The notes under the pieces are model-generated. The model was not told the DNA's origin and did not search any database. It saw only the letters and a list, made by a program, of their open reading frames with translations. From an uncultured Verrucomicrobiae bacterium (lineage in GTDB: Bacteria > Verrucomicrobiota > Verrucomicrobiia > Chthoniobacterales > JAATET01), in NCBI GenBank assembly GCA_963749035.1, contig CAVVKW010000004.1, positions 594,531-658,530 of the forward strand: a stretch of 64,000 bases of DNA, written 5' to 3'. Positions 1-9,890 of the stretch are shown here, in pieces (position 1 is the first letter of the stretch; each line of letters starts with the position of its first letter). The position numbers and the translations under genes were made by a program.

Positions 1-124
1 TCCCGGTCGGAGCTTTGCTGAACGGTCAGTGTCGCGAGATGTGCTCGGCCGGGGCGCAGCGGGTCGGGCGGTCCCGAGAAAAGCACTAGAATTTCAGCGG
101 CATCGCGGGCATGATTTTCTCCTT

Positions 125-1699
125 ATGGCCGAACAAGACAACTCTCCCGCCCGTTTTCCCATCTGGATCGTTGGAGTCATCATTGGTGTCGTGATTGGTG
201 CCGCTATTATTTTTGGACTGAACCAGTCGGGTGGAGACAACGTGGTCGGCGAGCCGACCGCGAGCGCGTCACCGAGCAATAATTTTTCTTCCGCACAGTC
301 GGATTTAGAGACCGAGACGACATCGACGGCGATCGCCTCGCTACCGGACGGCGGAGCTTCGTACGAGGACTGGGATAAACGAATCGCCGACGCCCCGGTC
401 GACGAGTATGGCGACTTGATGAATGAAGCCGTGACCATCCAGGACCCCGCAACGCGAAAAGCCGTCGTCGAGCGGCTCCTGTTAACCTGGCTCGACACGG
501 ATCAGTCAGGATTTCTGAACTTTCTCGATGATGCGGAGTTTAGCCAGACGGAAGGCAGCGAACTCTGGCCAGCACTCGTCCCAGCGGCGGCCGCGGTGCT
601 GCCGAGCGTAAGCGAATCCGCGGCGGGCAGTGCGGATTTGGATGAGATTATCCAGTGGATGGTCGAGTATTATTCCGAGATGGATCCGGCAGCGGCTGCT
701 GAGTGGACGAACAACTGGTTGCTTGAGGACACTCGCGACTACGCCTTGGCAACGGTGGCTGGGGAGATGGCGCTCAAATCGCGTGAAGAGGCGGAGACTC
801 TCTTGGGCACAATCAATTCCTCCGACGCGAGGATGGAGGCGGTGATGAACATCGGAGCCGCGCTCGCGGAATCCGACAGCGACGCAGCCCTCGCGTGGGC
901 TCGGGCTCTGCCGAATGAGGAAGAGCGGACGCTCGCGGTCGAGGAGGTGCTTTGGACAATGTCGGAAACGGATCCGAGTGCGGCGGCGGCTCGCCTGACG
1001 GAGACCGAATCCCCGGGCGAACTCGACGCGGTCAGCGGCTCGATCGCCGAAGAGTGGGCGATCAAAGATCCGGCCAAGGCGATTGGGTGGGCCGAGGGAT
1101 TGCCTCAGGGTGCCGCTCGGGAAGAAGCGATTCAGGGCGCGCTTGCCGGCTGGGCAGAGAACGATCCGCGAGCTGCTTTCGCGCATTATCAATCCAATTT
1201 CGGGCAGAACCTCGAGACGGCTGAATGGATTTTCGATTCGTGGGCCTTTAACAACCCGAACGAAGCCTCGGCTGAGGTCATGAAGATCGCAAACCCCGAG
1301 ATGCGAGCCCGAGCGGTGTCGGGCGTTGTCAGCGGTTGGTTGGACGAGGGGTCGTCCGTTTCAGCGGTGGAGAATTGGGTGGATTCACTTCCCGCCGGAC
1401 GGGAGCGGGATGAGGCGTCCTACGCCGTGGTCGACATGTTGAGTTTCGACGAGCCGGAGGCGGCGTGGACTCGGGCGGCGACCATCCAAGAGCCGGACGT
1501 TCGGACGGAGGCGATTCAGACCGCGTTCGCGGGACTGGTCGACATCGATCCCGCCAAGGCTGAGACCGCGCTGCGGAACTCGAATCTTTCGCCGGAGGAG
1601 ATCGGGCAATTGCAGGGGATCCTCGACGGCGGCAACGTGATCCCGACGACACCGCAGACGGTTCCGGTGACGGCGCCGAGCGTGCCGGCCGCTCCGTGA
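125..1699 (+). CDS. membrane-anchored alpha-helical repeat protein (hypothetical)
   Basis: Track ORF 29..1699. ATG at 125 lies just before a TM segment (FPIWIVGVIIGVVIGAAIIFGL). Several degenerate repeats of the form DPxxAxxW...LP. No family recognised. Confidence 0.6.
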   Translation: MAEQDNSPARFPIWIVGVIIGVVIGAAIIFGLNQSGGDNVVGEPTASASPSNNFSSAQSDLETETTSTAIASLPDGGASYEDWDKRIADAPVDEYGDLMNEAVTIQDPATRKAVVERLLLTWLDTDQSGFLNFLDDAEFSQTEGSELWPALVPAAAAVLPSVSESAAGSADLDEIIQWMVEYYSEMDPAAAAEWTNNWLLEDTRDYALATVAGEMALKSREEAETLLGTINSSDARMEAVMNIGAALAESDSDAALAWARALPNEEERTLAVEEVLWTMSETDPSAAAARLTETESPGELDAVSGSIAEEWAIKDPAKAIGWAEGLPQGAAREEAIQGALAGWAENDPRAAFAHYQSNFGQNLETAEWIFDSWAFNNPNEASAEVMKIANPEMRARAVSGVVSGWLDEGSSVSAVENWVDSLPAGRERDEASYAVVDMLSFDEPEAAWTRAATIQEPDVRTEAIQTAFAGLVDIDPAKAETALRNSNLSPEEIGQLQGILDGGNVIPTTPQTVPVTAPSVPAAP

Positions 1700-1776
1700 C
1701 GAGCCGGGCTTGCCGGGGCACCTCGTCCCGTTTTCCGATTGCGTCGCGGTGATCCGCGACTAGCTTTCACCGCCTG

Positions 1777-2301
1777 ATGTTTCGCGAGGACGACTTTCAC
1801 TACGCCATGGAGAACACCCGGGTTCTTCGGCATCCGGTCCAGAAAATTCAGACGTTCGGCACGACGAGCTTCCGGTTTCAGCTGGTGAGCGAGCTCATGG
1901 ATCACGTCGATCGGGTGCGCGTGCGCGGCGGGATGATCCAAGCAGAGAAGCCGAGCATCGTTTCACCGCACAGCTTTTCGAAGTTGATGCTGGATGGGTT
2001 CAGCGACGAGGCTCGTGAATACGCCGACTGGCTCGAGGCCAACGGACGTTCGCTGAAATTCCTCCAGTATGGATTTCAGTTTCGAAAGACGAACGTGACC
2101 GAGGAAATCATTCACGGTCCGAAAGCGGAGGTGCTCGATCGGCTCGAATCGGAGGCGAATCGGCGTGACGATCCACTGGACGCTTTGATCGAAGGAGTGG
2201 ACGACGCGTGGGAGGTCTGTTTGCTCAAATTCACCGTTGATCTCATTGGGCAATCGACCGGCGACAACGTGAGCGATTGGAAGCGACGCGGGCTGCTGTA
2301 G
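1777..2301 (+). CDS. hypothetical protein
   Basis: 174-aa ORF with an ATG start in the sense frame of a GC-rich region. No recognisable motif. Confidence 0.5.
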   Translation: MFREDDFHYAMENTRVLRHPVQKIQTFGTTSFRFQLVSELMDHVDRVRVRGGMIQAEKPSIVSPHSFSKLMLDGFSDEAREYADWLEANGRSLKFLQYGFQFRKTNVTEEIIHGPKAEVLDRLESEANRRDDPLDALIEGVDDAWEVCLLKFTVDLIGQSTGDNVSDWKRRGLL

Positions 2302-2365
2302 GTAGGATGCATCGAAGCTGTTTAGAACTTTTCACCGGGCGGTCGGTTCGCCAAGCTGCGCGCCG

Positions 2366-3289
2366 ATGAGACTGGCCAAGGTCATAATTTTGCTTCTCGT
2401 GATCGCCATCGTATTTGGTGGAGGCGCGTATTTCGCGTATCGGATGTTCGTTCAACCCGCTGAGCTCGACTTGGCGGCTGAGATCGCCGAGGCCAACGCT
2501 CCCGAGCCGACCCCGCCGCCGGACTACAGCATCCCGCGGTTCGAAGAGATGATGAAGGTCGTTGCCGAATCCGACGTGCCGAAATCTCAGGAAGCGCTCC
2601 GAAATTTCATCGCTCAGTATCCGAAGTCGACTAAGTTGGCGGAGGCGAAGGCGGAGTTGGGCCGCATCAACATGGGTTTGGTTTACGGGGCGGGGGAGTC
2701 GCCTCGGAAGACAGCTTACGAGGTCGTCAGCGGCGATTCTCTTCTGCGGATCGCCGGAAAGACGGATTCCAACGGCGAGCTGATCATGCGATCAAACAAC
2801 CTGCTTTCGATCGACTTACGGATCGGGCAGGAATTGCTCATCCCCAGCGTGTCCGCGAGCATCTTCGTCGACCGAGCAGCGAAGACTTTGACGCTGCTGG
2901 ACGAGGGGAATCTTCTCAAGGAATATCCGATCGTTTCGCTGAAGATTCAGGGCAGTGCCGACTCGCCGATCGACACCACCGTCGCAGATCGCCTCGCGAT
3001 GAAGGATTCAGATCGAGTTGCCTTTGGAAGCGGCGGTTACGCGGGTGCCGAACGTTGGCTGATGCTGGGCTCGAACGGGATCGTGATTCGTGGTGTTCCG
3101 CCGGCTCCGGAGGGTGAAGGGACCGAAGAGAACGAGGAAGCCGCGGATGCCACGGAATCTCCGGAGGATGAGGGCGCGGAGAACGTCGAGGAAATGCCAA
3201 ATATGCCGCCGGGTATCGTGCTCGACGCTGCCGACATGTCGGAGATTTTCCCTCTCGTTCGTCAGGGAGCAACCGTTACCATTCAATAG
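2366..3289 (+). CDS. LysM domain-containing envelope protein
   Basis: N-terminal TM (VIILLLVIAIVFGGGAYFAY). LysM-like segment YEVVSGDSLLRIAGKT...LRIGQELLIP. Acidic C-terminal tract. Confidence 0.65.
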   Translation: MRLAKVIILLLVIAIVFGGGAYFAYRMFVQPAELDLAAEIAEANAPEPTPPPDYSIPRFEEMMKVVAESDVPKSQEALRNFIAQYPKSTKLAEAKAELGRINMGLVYGAGESPRKTAYEVVSGDSLLRIAGKTDSNGELIMRSNNLLSIDLRIGQELLIPSVSASIFVDRAAKTLTLLDEGNLLKEYPIVSLKIQGSADSPIDTTVADRLAMKDSDRVAFGSGGYAGAERWLMLGSNGIVIRGVPPAPEGEGTEENEEAADATESPEDEGAENVEEMPNMPPGIVLDAADMSEIFPLVRQGATVTIQ

Positions 3290-3291
3290 CC

Positions 3292-4245
3292 ATGAAAGCC
3301 CAACCCCTGGATTTCGAAAAGCCGATCGCAGAGCTGGAGCAGAAGCTCGAGGACATGAAGAAGCATCTGCAGGGACAGGCGATTGACATGGATCCCGAAG
3401 TGCAGCGGATTGCTGCGAGGATCGAGGAGACACGGCGCGAAGTTTACAGCAAGCTAACGGCGTGGCAGCGCGTTCAGATTGCCCGGCACACGCAGCGACC
3501 GTTTTTTTTGGATTACATCGAGCGGGCGTTCACGGACTTTGTCGAGCTCCACGGCGACCGGTTGTTTGGAGACGATGCGTCGATGCCAGCCGGACTCGCG
3601 ACGATCGGTGATCGGCGTTGCGTTGTGATCGGACAACAGAAGGGTCGTGACGTGAAAGAGAACCTTCTGAGGAACTTCGGCAGTCCGCATCCCGAGGGAT
3701 ACCGGAAGGCGCTGCGGCTGATGCGGATGGCAGAAAAATTCCAGCTACCCGTGGTTTGCCTCATCGACACCCCGGGCGCTTATCCGGGCGTGGGTGCCGA
3801 AGAGCGTCACATCGGCGAGGCCATCGCGGTGAACATTCGCGAGATGATGGTTCTACGGACTCCGATCATCGCCGTCGTGCTTGGGGAGGGCGGTTCGGGT
3901 GGAGCGCTGGGGATCGGAGTCGCTGATCGGGTGCTGATGCTCGAAAACGCTTACTATTCGGTAATCAGTCCAGAAGGCTGCGCGGCCATCCTGTGGAAAC
4001 ATCGTAAGCATGCTCCCGAAGCAGCGGAGGCTCTCAGAATCAACGCCGACGCGTTGCTCGAAATGAAGGTGGTCGACGGCATCGTCGAAGAGCCGCTAGG
4101 CGGCGCCCATCAAGATCACGCCCAGGCGGCAGAATTTCTGAAAGCGTCCCTAGAGGCGGGGCTGGCGGAACTGAGCAAGATCCCGATGGACGACCTCCTC
4201 GAGCAGCGTTATCAAAAATATCGCGCGATGGGTGTTACCGCCTGA
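3292..4245 (+). CDS. accA: acetyl-CoA carboxylase carboxyltransferase subunit alpha
   Basis: Full-length AccA-like sequence: LDFEKPIAELE..., RPFFLDYI, GQQKGRD, FGSPHPEGYRKALRLMRMAEKF, IDTPGAYPGVGAEERH, GEGGSGGALG. Confidence 0.93.
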   Translation: MKAQPLDFEKPIAELEQKLEDMKKHLQGQAIDMDPEVQRIAARIEETRREVYSKLTAWQRVQIARHTQRPFFLDYIERAFTDFVELHGDRLFGDDASMPAGLATIGDRRCVVIGQQKGRDVKENLLRNFGSPHPEGYRKALRLMRMAEKFQLPVVCLIDTPGAYPGVGAEERHIGEAIAVNIREMMVLRTPIIAVVLGEGGSGGALGIGVADRVLMLENAYYSVISPEGCAAILWKHRKHAPEAAEALRINADALLEMKVVDGIVEEPLGGAHQDHAQAAEFLKASLEAGLAELSKIPMDDLLEQRYQKYRAMGVTA

Positions 4246-4381
4246 TCTTTAGCGATTCGCTGGTTGGTCCGGAATCATTCCCACGGGCCGGTTGCCGCTT
4301 CTGTGGAACGAATCGCCTCAGGGGCCGTGAGATAAGTGCCAATGCTCAAAACCCAGGGCGCGTCATTCTTTTCCCGGCCTC

Positions 4382-5086
4382 TCAGAACTGGATGTAAAGA
4401 ATTCGGCTGCAATTTGGGCAATGGACGACCTGCTTCGCGGATTTCACCTCGAGCATCGTCTGCGTGGTGACCTTGACGTGGCAGCCGGTGCAGACTTCGC
4501 CTTCGAGCTCGACGATGGCGGTCCCGTTTTTGCTTTTAAAGATCCGCTCGTAACGATCGAGCTCGTCCTCGTCGATGCCTTCGGTGAGCGGCGCGCGGCT
4601 GGCGGTGAGTTCCGCGATCGAGGCTTCGATATTCTCTTTTTTGGAAGCGAGATCGGAGATCTGAGACTCGAGCTTACCGCGCTCTTCGGAATGGGCTCGC
4701 TCGGCTTCGGCGACGGCGGGCGCGAGTGACTCGGCTTCTTCCATGAGCTCGAGTTCCCGGTCTTCGGTTGTCCGGATGACGCGTTCGGCGTTCTCGATCT
4801 CGTGGCCGATGGCAGCGAATTCCTCGTTCTTGCGGGTTTCGAATTGCTGGGTGCGGTAGCGGGCGATCGCCGTGCGCTTGGATTCTGCCTCGAGCTCCAG
4901 GGTCTTCTTCTCGACCTCGATGGCTCGAAGGCGGGTCTTCGCAGCTTCCAGACGCGAGGCGGAAGTCGAAATCTGTTTTTGCTTAAGCGCCGTCTCCTCG
5001 GGGATGGCGGCCAATTCGATTTTGAGAGTGCGGATGCGCTGATCGCGATCCTGAAGAGTGAGAAGTTTTTCGATTTCCGGAAGCAT
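4382..5086 (-). CDS. coiled-coil / C4 zinc-ribbon protein (COG1579-like)
   Basis: Long coiled-coil followed by CTGCHVKV...HCPNCSRILY, a zinc ribbon at the C-terminus. Confidence 0.75.
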   Translation of the reverse strand: MLPEIEKLLTLQDRDQRIRTLKIELAAIPEETALKQKQISTSASRLEAAKTRLRAIEVEKKTLELEAESKRTAIARYRTQQFETRKNEEFAAIGHEIENAERVIRTTEDRELELMEEAESLAPAVAEAERAHSEERGKLESQISDLASKKENIEASIAELTASRAPLTEGIDEDELDRYERIFKSKNGTAIVELEGEVCTGCHVKVTTQTMLEVKSAKQVVHCPNCSRILYIQF

Positions 5087-5178
5087 CGCTGGGCTGAAGG
5101 TGTCGAATTGGAGAGACTCGGGCCAGCGAGAAATTACGGGTTGCGGAAGTTGCTGGTGGCTGGGGAGGTGTTGAATTA

Positions 5179-6357
5179 TTGCTCGCCGCCGTTCGTCCTG
5201 ACCTCACTGCCATGCCCGTTCCCGTTCCACCCAGCGATCCGCGAACCGCGGTGCCGGGGAAGCCGGCGAAATACCTGCCGCAACTCGACGGGCTGAGGGG
5301 GATCGCGATCCTCACGGTTTTGCTCCATCACTTTCACGTTCACCTACCTGCTTGGGTCGATTGGGGGCCGATCGGAGTGCGGCTGTTTTTTCTGCTGAGC
5401 GGCTATCTGATCACGATGTCACTGTGGAAATTGAACGCCCGAGCGGCAGCTGGGGCGGGTTGGTGGCGGGGGCTCTGGGATTTTCACACTCGGCGTTTTA
5501 CGAGATTGGCGCCGGTGCTGTATCTCATGTTGCTGGCGGCGTTTCTGCTGGGTCTGCCATTTTTCGGACGGGAGATTGCGTGGCACGCTGCGTTCCTGAC
5601 GAACTTCTACGCGATGATCCACGACCAGTGGCCGGGACCGGCTTCGCACCTCTGGTCCCTTTCTTTACAGGAGCAGTTTTACGTGCTGTGGCCGTTCGTG
5701 ATCGTCGCGATCCCGCGACGCTTTCTGCCGATTGTTCTGGTTGGGTTGTTTCTGAGTGCCTTCGGTTTTCGCTTTTGGGCGACGGCGACGAACGCGTCGG
5801 ATTTCGTGCGCTGGGTGATGCTGCCAGGCGTAATCGACAGCTTTGCGCTGGGAGCGCTGGTGTCGTGCTGGAAGGCCGCGCCGGGGCGGGCTCCAATCAT
5901 GTCCGGGAGGTTGGGTGCGGTGGTCGCGATCGCCGCCCTGGGTTGTTACGTCACGGCAAGATTCATGCGCTACGCGACGTTCAACTCGCCATTCCTCGCT
6001 CTCACCGAGACGTTCGAAAACGTGTTTCTCGCGTGGGTGATGCTGCGGACAATCGAGGGCTGGCCAGGATTGGCTGGACGGTTTTTCGCGAGCCCGGGGT
6101 TGGTTTACATCGGCAAGATCAGTTACGGGATCTACGTGTTCCACGTGTTGGTTCACGTGGTCGTAGGGCCTTGGCTCGATGCGATGGGGCTTCAGCCTTT
6201 CGTTTTTGCGCGGGCCGTCGTGCTGAGCGCCGTATCGATCGGAGTGGCCACCTTGTCGTGGCTTTACCTCGAGCAACCTCTCACCACTTGGATTCGTCGA
6301 CGGGAAGCTGCCAGGCGGGATCCGGCTGCGGTGACTTCGGAAGTGCCGGCGTCTTGA
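5179..6357 (+). CDS. acyltransferase family 3 (OafA-like) membrane protein
   Basis: YLPQLDGLRGIAILTVLLHH motif plus about 10 hydrophobic segments. True start may be the ATG at 5212. Confidence 0.8.
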   Translation: MLAAVRPDLTAMPVPVPPSDPRTAVPGKPAKYLPQLDGLRGIAILTVLLHHFHVHLPAWVDWGPIGVRLFFLLSGYLITMSLWKLNARAAAGAGWWRGLWDFHTRRFTRLAPVLYLMLLAAFLLGLPFFGREIAWHAAFLTNFYAMIHDQWPGPASHLWSLSLQEQFYVLWPFVIVAIPRRFLPIVLVGLFLSAFGFRFWATATNASDFVRWVMLPGVIDSFALGALVSCWKAAPGRAPIMSGRLGAVVAIAALGCYVTARFMRYATFNSPFLALTETFENVFLAWVMLRTIEGWPGLAGRFFASPGLVYIGKISYGIYVFHVLVHVVVGPWLDAMGLQPFVFARAVVLSAVSIGVATLSWLYLEQPLTTWIRRREAARRDPAAVTSEVPAS

Positions 6358-6378
6358 TTGGAAGCCGGGTCGAACCGG

Positions 6379-6819
6379 TCAGTCTCGCTTGACGGAATCT
6401 GGGAGCTCGTTCTGATCGTCGGGGAGGCGCGGAAAGTGCTCCGCCAACGCGATACCCGTCCGCTGGATCGCGGCGACGACGGCCTCGGTGAAGTGGCCTT
6501 CGGCAAGCTCCCGGTGAAGCTCTGCCGCAATCGCATTCCAAAATTCAGAGCCGCATTTTTCGTCGATCCCGCAATCGCCGAGGATAGCGAAACGTTGATC
6601 CCGCGGTGCGAAGTAGAGCAGCACACCGTTGCGAGCATCGGTCTCGGCCATCTTGAGCTTCTCAAAACACCGGGCCGCTTCGTCGAGCACGTCGCGTTTG
6701 CCAAGAGCGTGGCGAGTCACGAAGACCCGGATCTCTCCGGACGTCTGGGCTTCGGCTTGGTGGATCGCCTCGGCGACCTGAGCGTCATCCAATCGATTGA
6801 AAAATTCTTTCGGTTTCAT
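6379..6819 (-). CDS. TPM domain-containing protein
   Basis: EIRVFV...NGVLLYFAPRDQRFAILGD...F, a TPM/TLP18.3-like pattern. ATG at 6819 (MKPKEFF) chosen over the longer track ORF. Confidence 0.7.
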   Translation of the reverse strand: MKPKEFFNRLDDAQVAEAIHQAEAQTSGEIRVFVTRHALGKRDVLDEAARCFEKLKMAETDARNGVLLYFAPRDQRFAILGDCGIDEKCGSEFWNAIAAELHRELAEGHFTEAVVAAIQRTGIALAEHFPRLPDDQNELPDSVKRD

Positions 6820-6823
6820 TGAT

Positions 6824-7600
6824 TCACCATCCTCCGCTGGCTCCGCCGCCACCAAATCCGCCCCCCCCGCCGCCGAAGCCCCCACCGCCAAAGCCCCCGC
6901 CGCCAAAGCCCCCGCCGCGACGACGACTGCCGCCGCTCCCGATCGGAAAAAAGAACCCGCCTCCTCGGCGCCGACCGCGGGCGTCGTAGGTCCGGCCCCC
7001 GGCGCGGCTCAAGGTCTGGATCACCATGAAAACGATAAAGATTGTGAAGAGGAGGCTGATGAAACTCGCGCCGCCTGGGGCGTCGACGCGATCGGCATTC
7101 GTGCGTCCGGTTCCCTGGTATTCGCCTCGGGCCGCGGCGAACATGGCGTCGACGCCTCGAGTCACGCCAGCGTCGAAATTTCCGCCGCGAAACGCCGGCG
7201 TGATCTCACGGTCGAGGATCGTTTTGGCGGTGGCATCGGGGATGGCACCTTCCAGCCCGTAGCCGACCTCGATGCGGATTTTCCGATCGTCCCGGAAAAT
7301 GAAGAGGACGGCGCCGTTGTCGTCCTCGGACTGTCCGACGCCCCAGCTCTCCGCCGTGCGCTGAGTGAAATCTTCCATCGCGTAGTCGTCGGGGACCTGC
7401 GGAAAGGTCGCGACGAGGATTTGCGACGACGTATCTCGCTCAAAGGCGTCGAGGCGCGAATTGAGATCTGCCTCGGTGGCGGGCGATAGCAGATCGGCCT
7501 GGTCGGAAACGTAGCGTTCCGGCGGCTGCGGCAGCGGTGCGGCCCGAAGACCGACCACCGCCGCCAGCAACGGAAGCAGTAGAGACCCGAGGCGCAGCAC
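6824..7600 (-). CDS. TPM domain-containing protein (YgcG-like) with Gly-rich tail
   Basis: Signal peptide. TPM pattern QILVATFP...NGAVLFIFRDDRKIRIEVGYGLEG. TM segment, then a GGGFGGGG tail. Confidence 0.75.
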   Translation of the reverse strand: MLRLGSLLLPLLAAVVGLRAAPLPQPPERYVSDQADLLSPATEADLNSRLDAFERDTSSQILVATFPQVPDDYAMEDFTQRTAESWGVGQSEDDNGAVLFIFRDDRKIRIEVGYGLEGAIPDATAKTILDREITPAFRGGNFDAGVTRGVDAMFAAARGEYQGTGRTNADRVDAPGGASFISLLFTIFIVFMVIQTLSRAGGRTYDARGRRRGGGFFFPIGSGGSRRRGGGFGGGGFGGGGFGGGGGGFGGGGASGGW

Positions 7601-7612
7601 GGCGACCGGGGT

Positions 7613-8242
7613 CTATTGAGTTGGCGCGGGTGCGGTGCCGCTGAAGTCGAACTCCACCTCGGGGGCTCGCTCGGCTCCCGGGGTCGACTCGAACAGCGGG
7701 CGCGGCTCGAATCCGAGCAGCGCAGCGTAGAGGACCGTCGGGAATCTTTTGACGGCGGTATTGTAAATGGTCGCGGTCTCGTTGAACTTCCGCCGCTCGA
7801 CGGCGATCCGGTTTTCGGTTCCTTCCAGCTGAGCCTGCAGTTGCTGGAAATTTGCGTTGGCCTTGAGTTCAGGGTAGCGCTCGACGGTCACGAGTAGTCG
7901 GGAGAGGGCTCCGCTGAGTGCGTCCTGTGATTGTTGGAATTGCTGGAGCGAGGCCGGATCCGTCGGGGCTCCGCCGTCGGGAAGCTGGACCTCGGTGACC
8001 TGCTGGCGGGCTTTGATCACGTCCGTTAGCGTCGTCTGCTCGAACTCCGCAGCGCCTTTGACCGAGGCCACGAGATTGGGGATGAGGTCAGCCCGACGTT
8101 GGTAAACGTTTTCGACGTCAGCCCAGCTTTGGTTGACCGCCTGCTCCCGCTCGACGAGGGAGTTGTAACTTCCGCAGCCTCCAACGAGGAGGACCACCGC
8201 GAGGAGGATGATGACGCCGAGAATAGTGAGAACGATTTTCAT
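7613..8242 (-). CDS. lemA: LemA family protein
   Basis: N-terminal TM. YNSLV...QSWADVENVYQRRADLIPNLV...ERYPELKAN...RIAVERRKFNE...YN, typical of LemA. Upstream of two TPM genes. Confidence 0.85.
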   Translation of the reverse strand: MKIVLTILGVIILLAVVLLVGGCGSYNSLVEREQAVNQSWADVENVYQRRADLIPNLVASVKGAAEFEQTTLTDVIKARQQVTEVQLPDGGAPTDPASLQQFQQSQDALSGALSRLLVTVERYPELKANANFQQLQAQLEGTENRIAVERRKFNETATIYNTAVKRFPTVLYAALLGFEPRPLFESTPGAERAPEVEFDFSGTAPAPTQ

Positions 8243-8292
8243 GTATTTGGGGTGGAGGTGTAAGGGGTGGGGACGGGATTGGCCAACATTCT

Positions 8293-9807
8293 TCAGGTCG
8301 ATTTCTCTTGGAGGCGGTCCCGGATGGCCGCGACGAGTCCGGGGATGTCGTGCACGGAGGCTTCGACGTCGATGTCGAGTCCCAGCTTCCGCATCGTGGC
8401 GGAAGTGATGGGCCCGATGCTCGCGGTGCGGAGCCTCTCGGGAAGGGGAAGCTCGAGCGCGGCGAAATTTTCAGCCGTCGAGCTGCTCGTGAAGGTGATC
8501 CAGTCGGCACCTTCGGTCCGGAAGCGTTCGACTCCACCGGTGGGATCGCCGGTTTCCGGCACGGTGCGGTAAGCCACTGTCTCGTCGACGATCGCTCCGA
8601 GCGTGGTGAGTTCCGCGGCAAGGACCTCCCGAGCTCCTTCCGCCCGAGCAAGCAGGATCTTGAGGTTGTCGAGGGTGACTTCGGCTTGAAAGGCGCGAAC
8701 GATTTCTTCAGCGACGTATTTCTCCGGTTGAAGATCGACGGCGAACCGATTCTCGTTCACCCGGGCGGCGGTCGCTGGTCCGATGGCGGCGATCCGAACG
8801 CCCCCGAGGGAACGGGCATCTTTATAAAGGGTGTAGAAGGCCTCGAAGAAGGCGTCGACGCCGTTCGGGCTGGTGAAGACGAGCCAGTCGTAGCTGTGGG
8901 CGTGGGCGACGGATTCGTAAAACTCGCGCTTATTCGGTGCGGGTTCGATGCGAATGGTTGGAAGCTCATAGGCGTCGGCGCCGAGGTCTCGAAGCTCGGT
9001 GACGAGTGCGCCGGCCTGCTTGCGTGTGCGGGTGACGGCGATGGTCTGTCCAAAGAGCGGTCGAGTCTCGAACCAGTTTAGATCGTCGCGGCAGCGGACG
9101 ACTTCGCCGATGACGCAGACTGCTGGTGCTTTGAAACCAGTGCGCTCGACTTCGTCGGCGAGGGTGCCAAGCGTCGCGGTGAGGGTGCGTTGGCGACCGG
9201 TCGTTCCCCAGCGGACGAGCGCGGCGGGGGTCTCGGCCGACAGGCCTTCGTCAATCAGAGACGTCGTCAGGGGGCGCATTCGCTCGACGCCCATCAGCAT
9301 CACCTTCGTGCCGGGGGTGCGGGCGATGGCGGTGATGTCGAGGGTGGTCTCGGGCTTGGTCGGATCTTCGTGACCGGTAAAGATCGTCAGCGCCGTATTA
9401 TGGGTCCGGTGCGTGACCGGGATACCGGCGTAGGCGGGTGCAGCGATTGCTGAGGAGATCCCCGGAACGATCTCGAACGGGATGCCGGCGGACGCGAGGG
9501 CCTCGGCTTCCTCGCCGCCGCGACCGAAGACGAATGGGTCGCCGCCCTTTAAACGAACGACGGTCCGCCCGGCTTTCGCTTTCTCGACGAGGAGGGCGTT
9601 GATCCCGTCCTGTTTCAACGTGTGGGCCCCGGCTTTCTTGCCGACGTAGATGGTCTCGGCGGACGGCGGAGCGAACTGAAGAAACTCGGGATTGCTCAGG
9701 TAGTCGTAAACGACGACGTCGGCGCGTTGGAGCAGATCCTTACCGCGGAGCGTGAGGAGGCCGGGGTCGCCGGGGCCGGCGCCGACGAGGTAACAGGTGG
9801 CTTGCAT
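8293..9807 (-). CDS. cobA: uroporphyrinogen-III C-methyltransferase / uroporphyrinogen-III synthase fusion
   Basis: N-terminal VGAGPGDPGLLTLRG...VVYD...GGDPFVFGRGGEE (SUMT). C-terminal ~250 aa is HemD-like. Confidence 0.85.
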   Translation of the reverse strand: MQATCYLVGAGPGDPGLLTLRGKDLLQRADVVVYDYLSNPEFLQFAPPSAETIYVGKKAGAHTLKQDGINALLVEKAKAGRTVVRLKGGDPFVFGRGGEEAEALASAGIPFEIVPGISSAIAAPAYAGIPVTHRTHNTALTIFTGHEDPTKPETTLDITAIARTPGTKVMLMGVERMRPLTTSLIDEGLSAETPAALVRWGTTGRQRTLTATLGTLADEVERTGFKAPAVCVIGEVVRCRDDLNWFETRPLFGQTIAVTRTRKQAGALVTELRDLGADAYELPTIRIEPAPNKREFYESVAHAHSYDWLVFTSPNGVDAFFEAFYTLYKDARSLGGVRIAAIGPATAARVNENRFAVDLQPEKYVAEEIVRAFQAEVTLDNLKILLARAEGAREVLAAELTTLGAIVDETVAYRTVPETGDPTGGVERFRTEGADWITFTSSSTAENFAALELPLPERLRTASIGPITSATMRKLGLDIDVEASVHDIPGLVAAIRDRLQEKST

Positions 9808-9890
9808 GAGGGGGAGGGTAATGGGATTTCCAAAATGAGGGAGGAGTTTTCGGTTTTTCGTTCCCGGTCGAAGCGAGCTAGGATGACGGC

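Noticed and set aside
506-1192. Long antisense or out-of-frame ORFs occur in the GC-rich core. Examples: 506..1192(-), 1516..1941(-), 5352..6392(+), 5665..6276(-), 6797..7489(+), 8308..9081(+), 11240..11857(-), 11769..12344(-), 17700..18629(-).
   Set aside because: They overlap better-supported genes with recognisable motifs. They have Arg/Pro/Ser/Gly-rich compositions typical of off-frame translation of high-GC DNA.
6824-6910. A GGGGF/GGC-rich low-complexity tract could be a simple repeat or a separate feature.
   Set aside because: It is in frame with, and forms the C-terminal Gly-rich tail of, the YgcG-like TPM protein. Such tails are common in that family.
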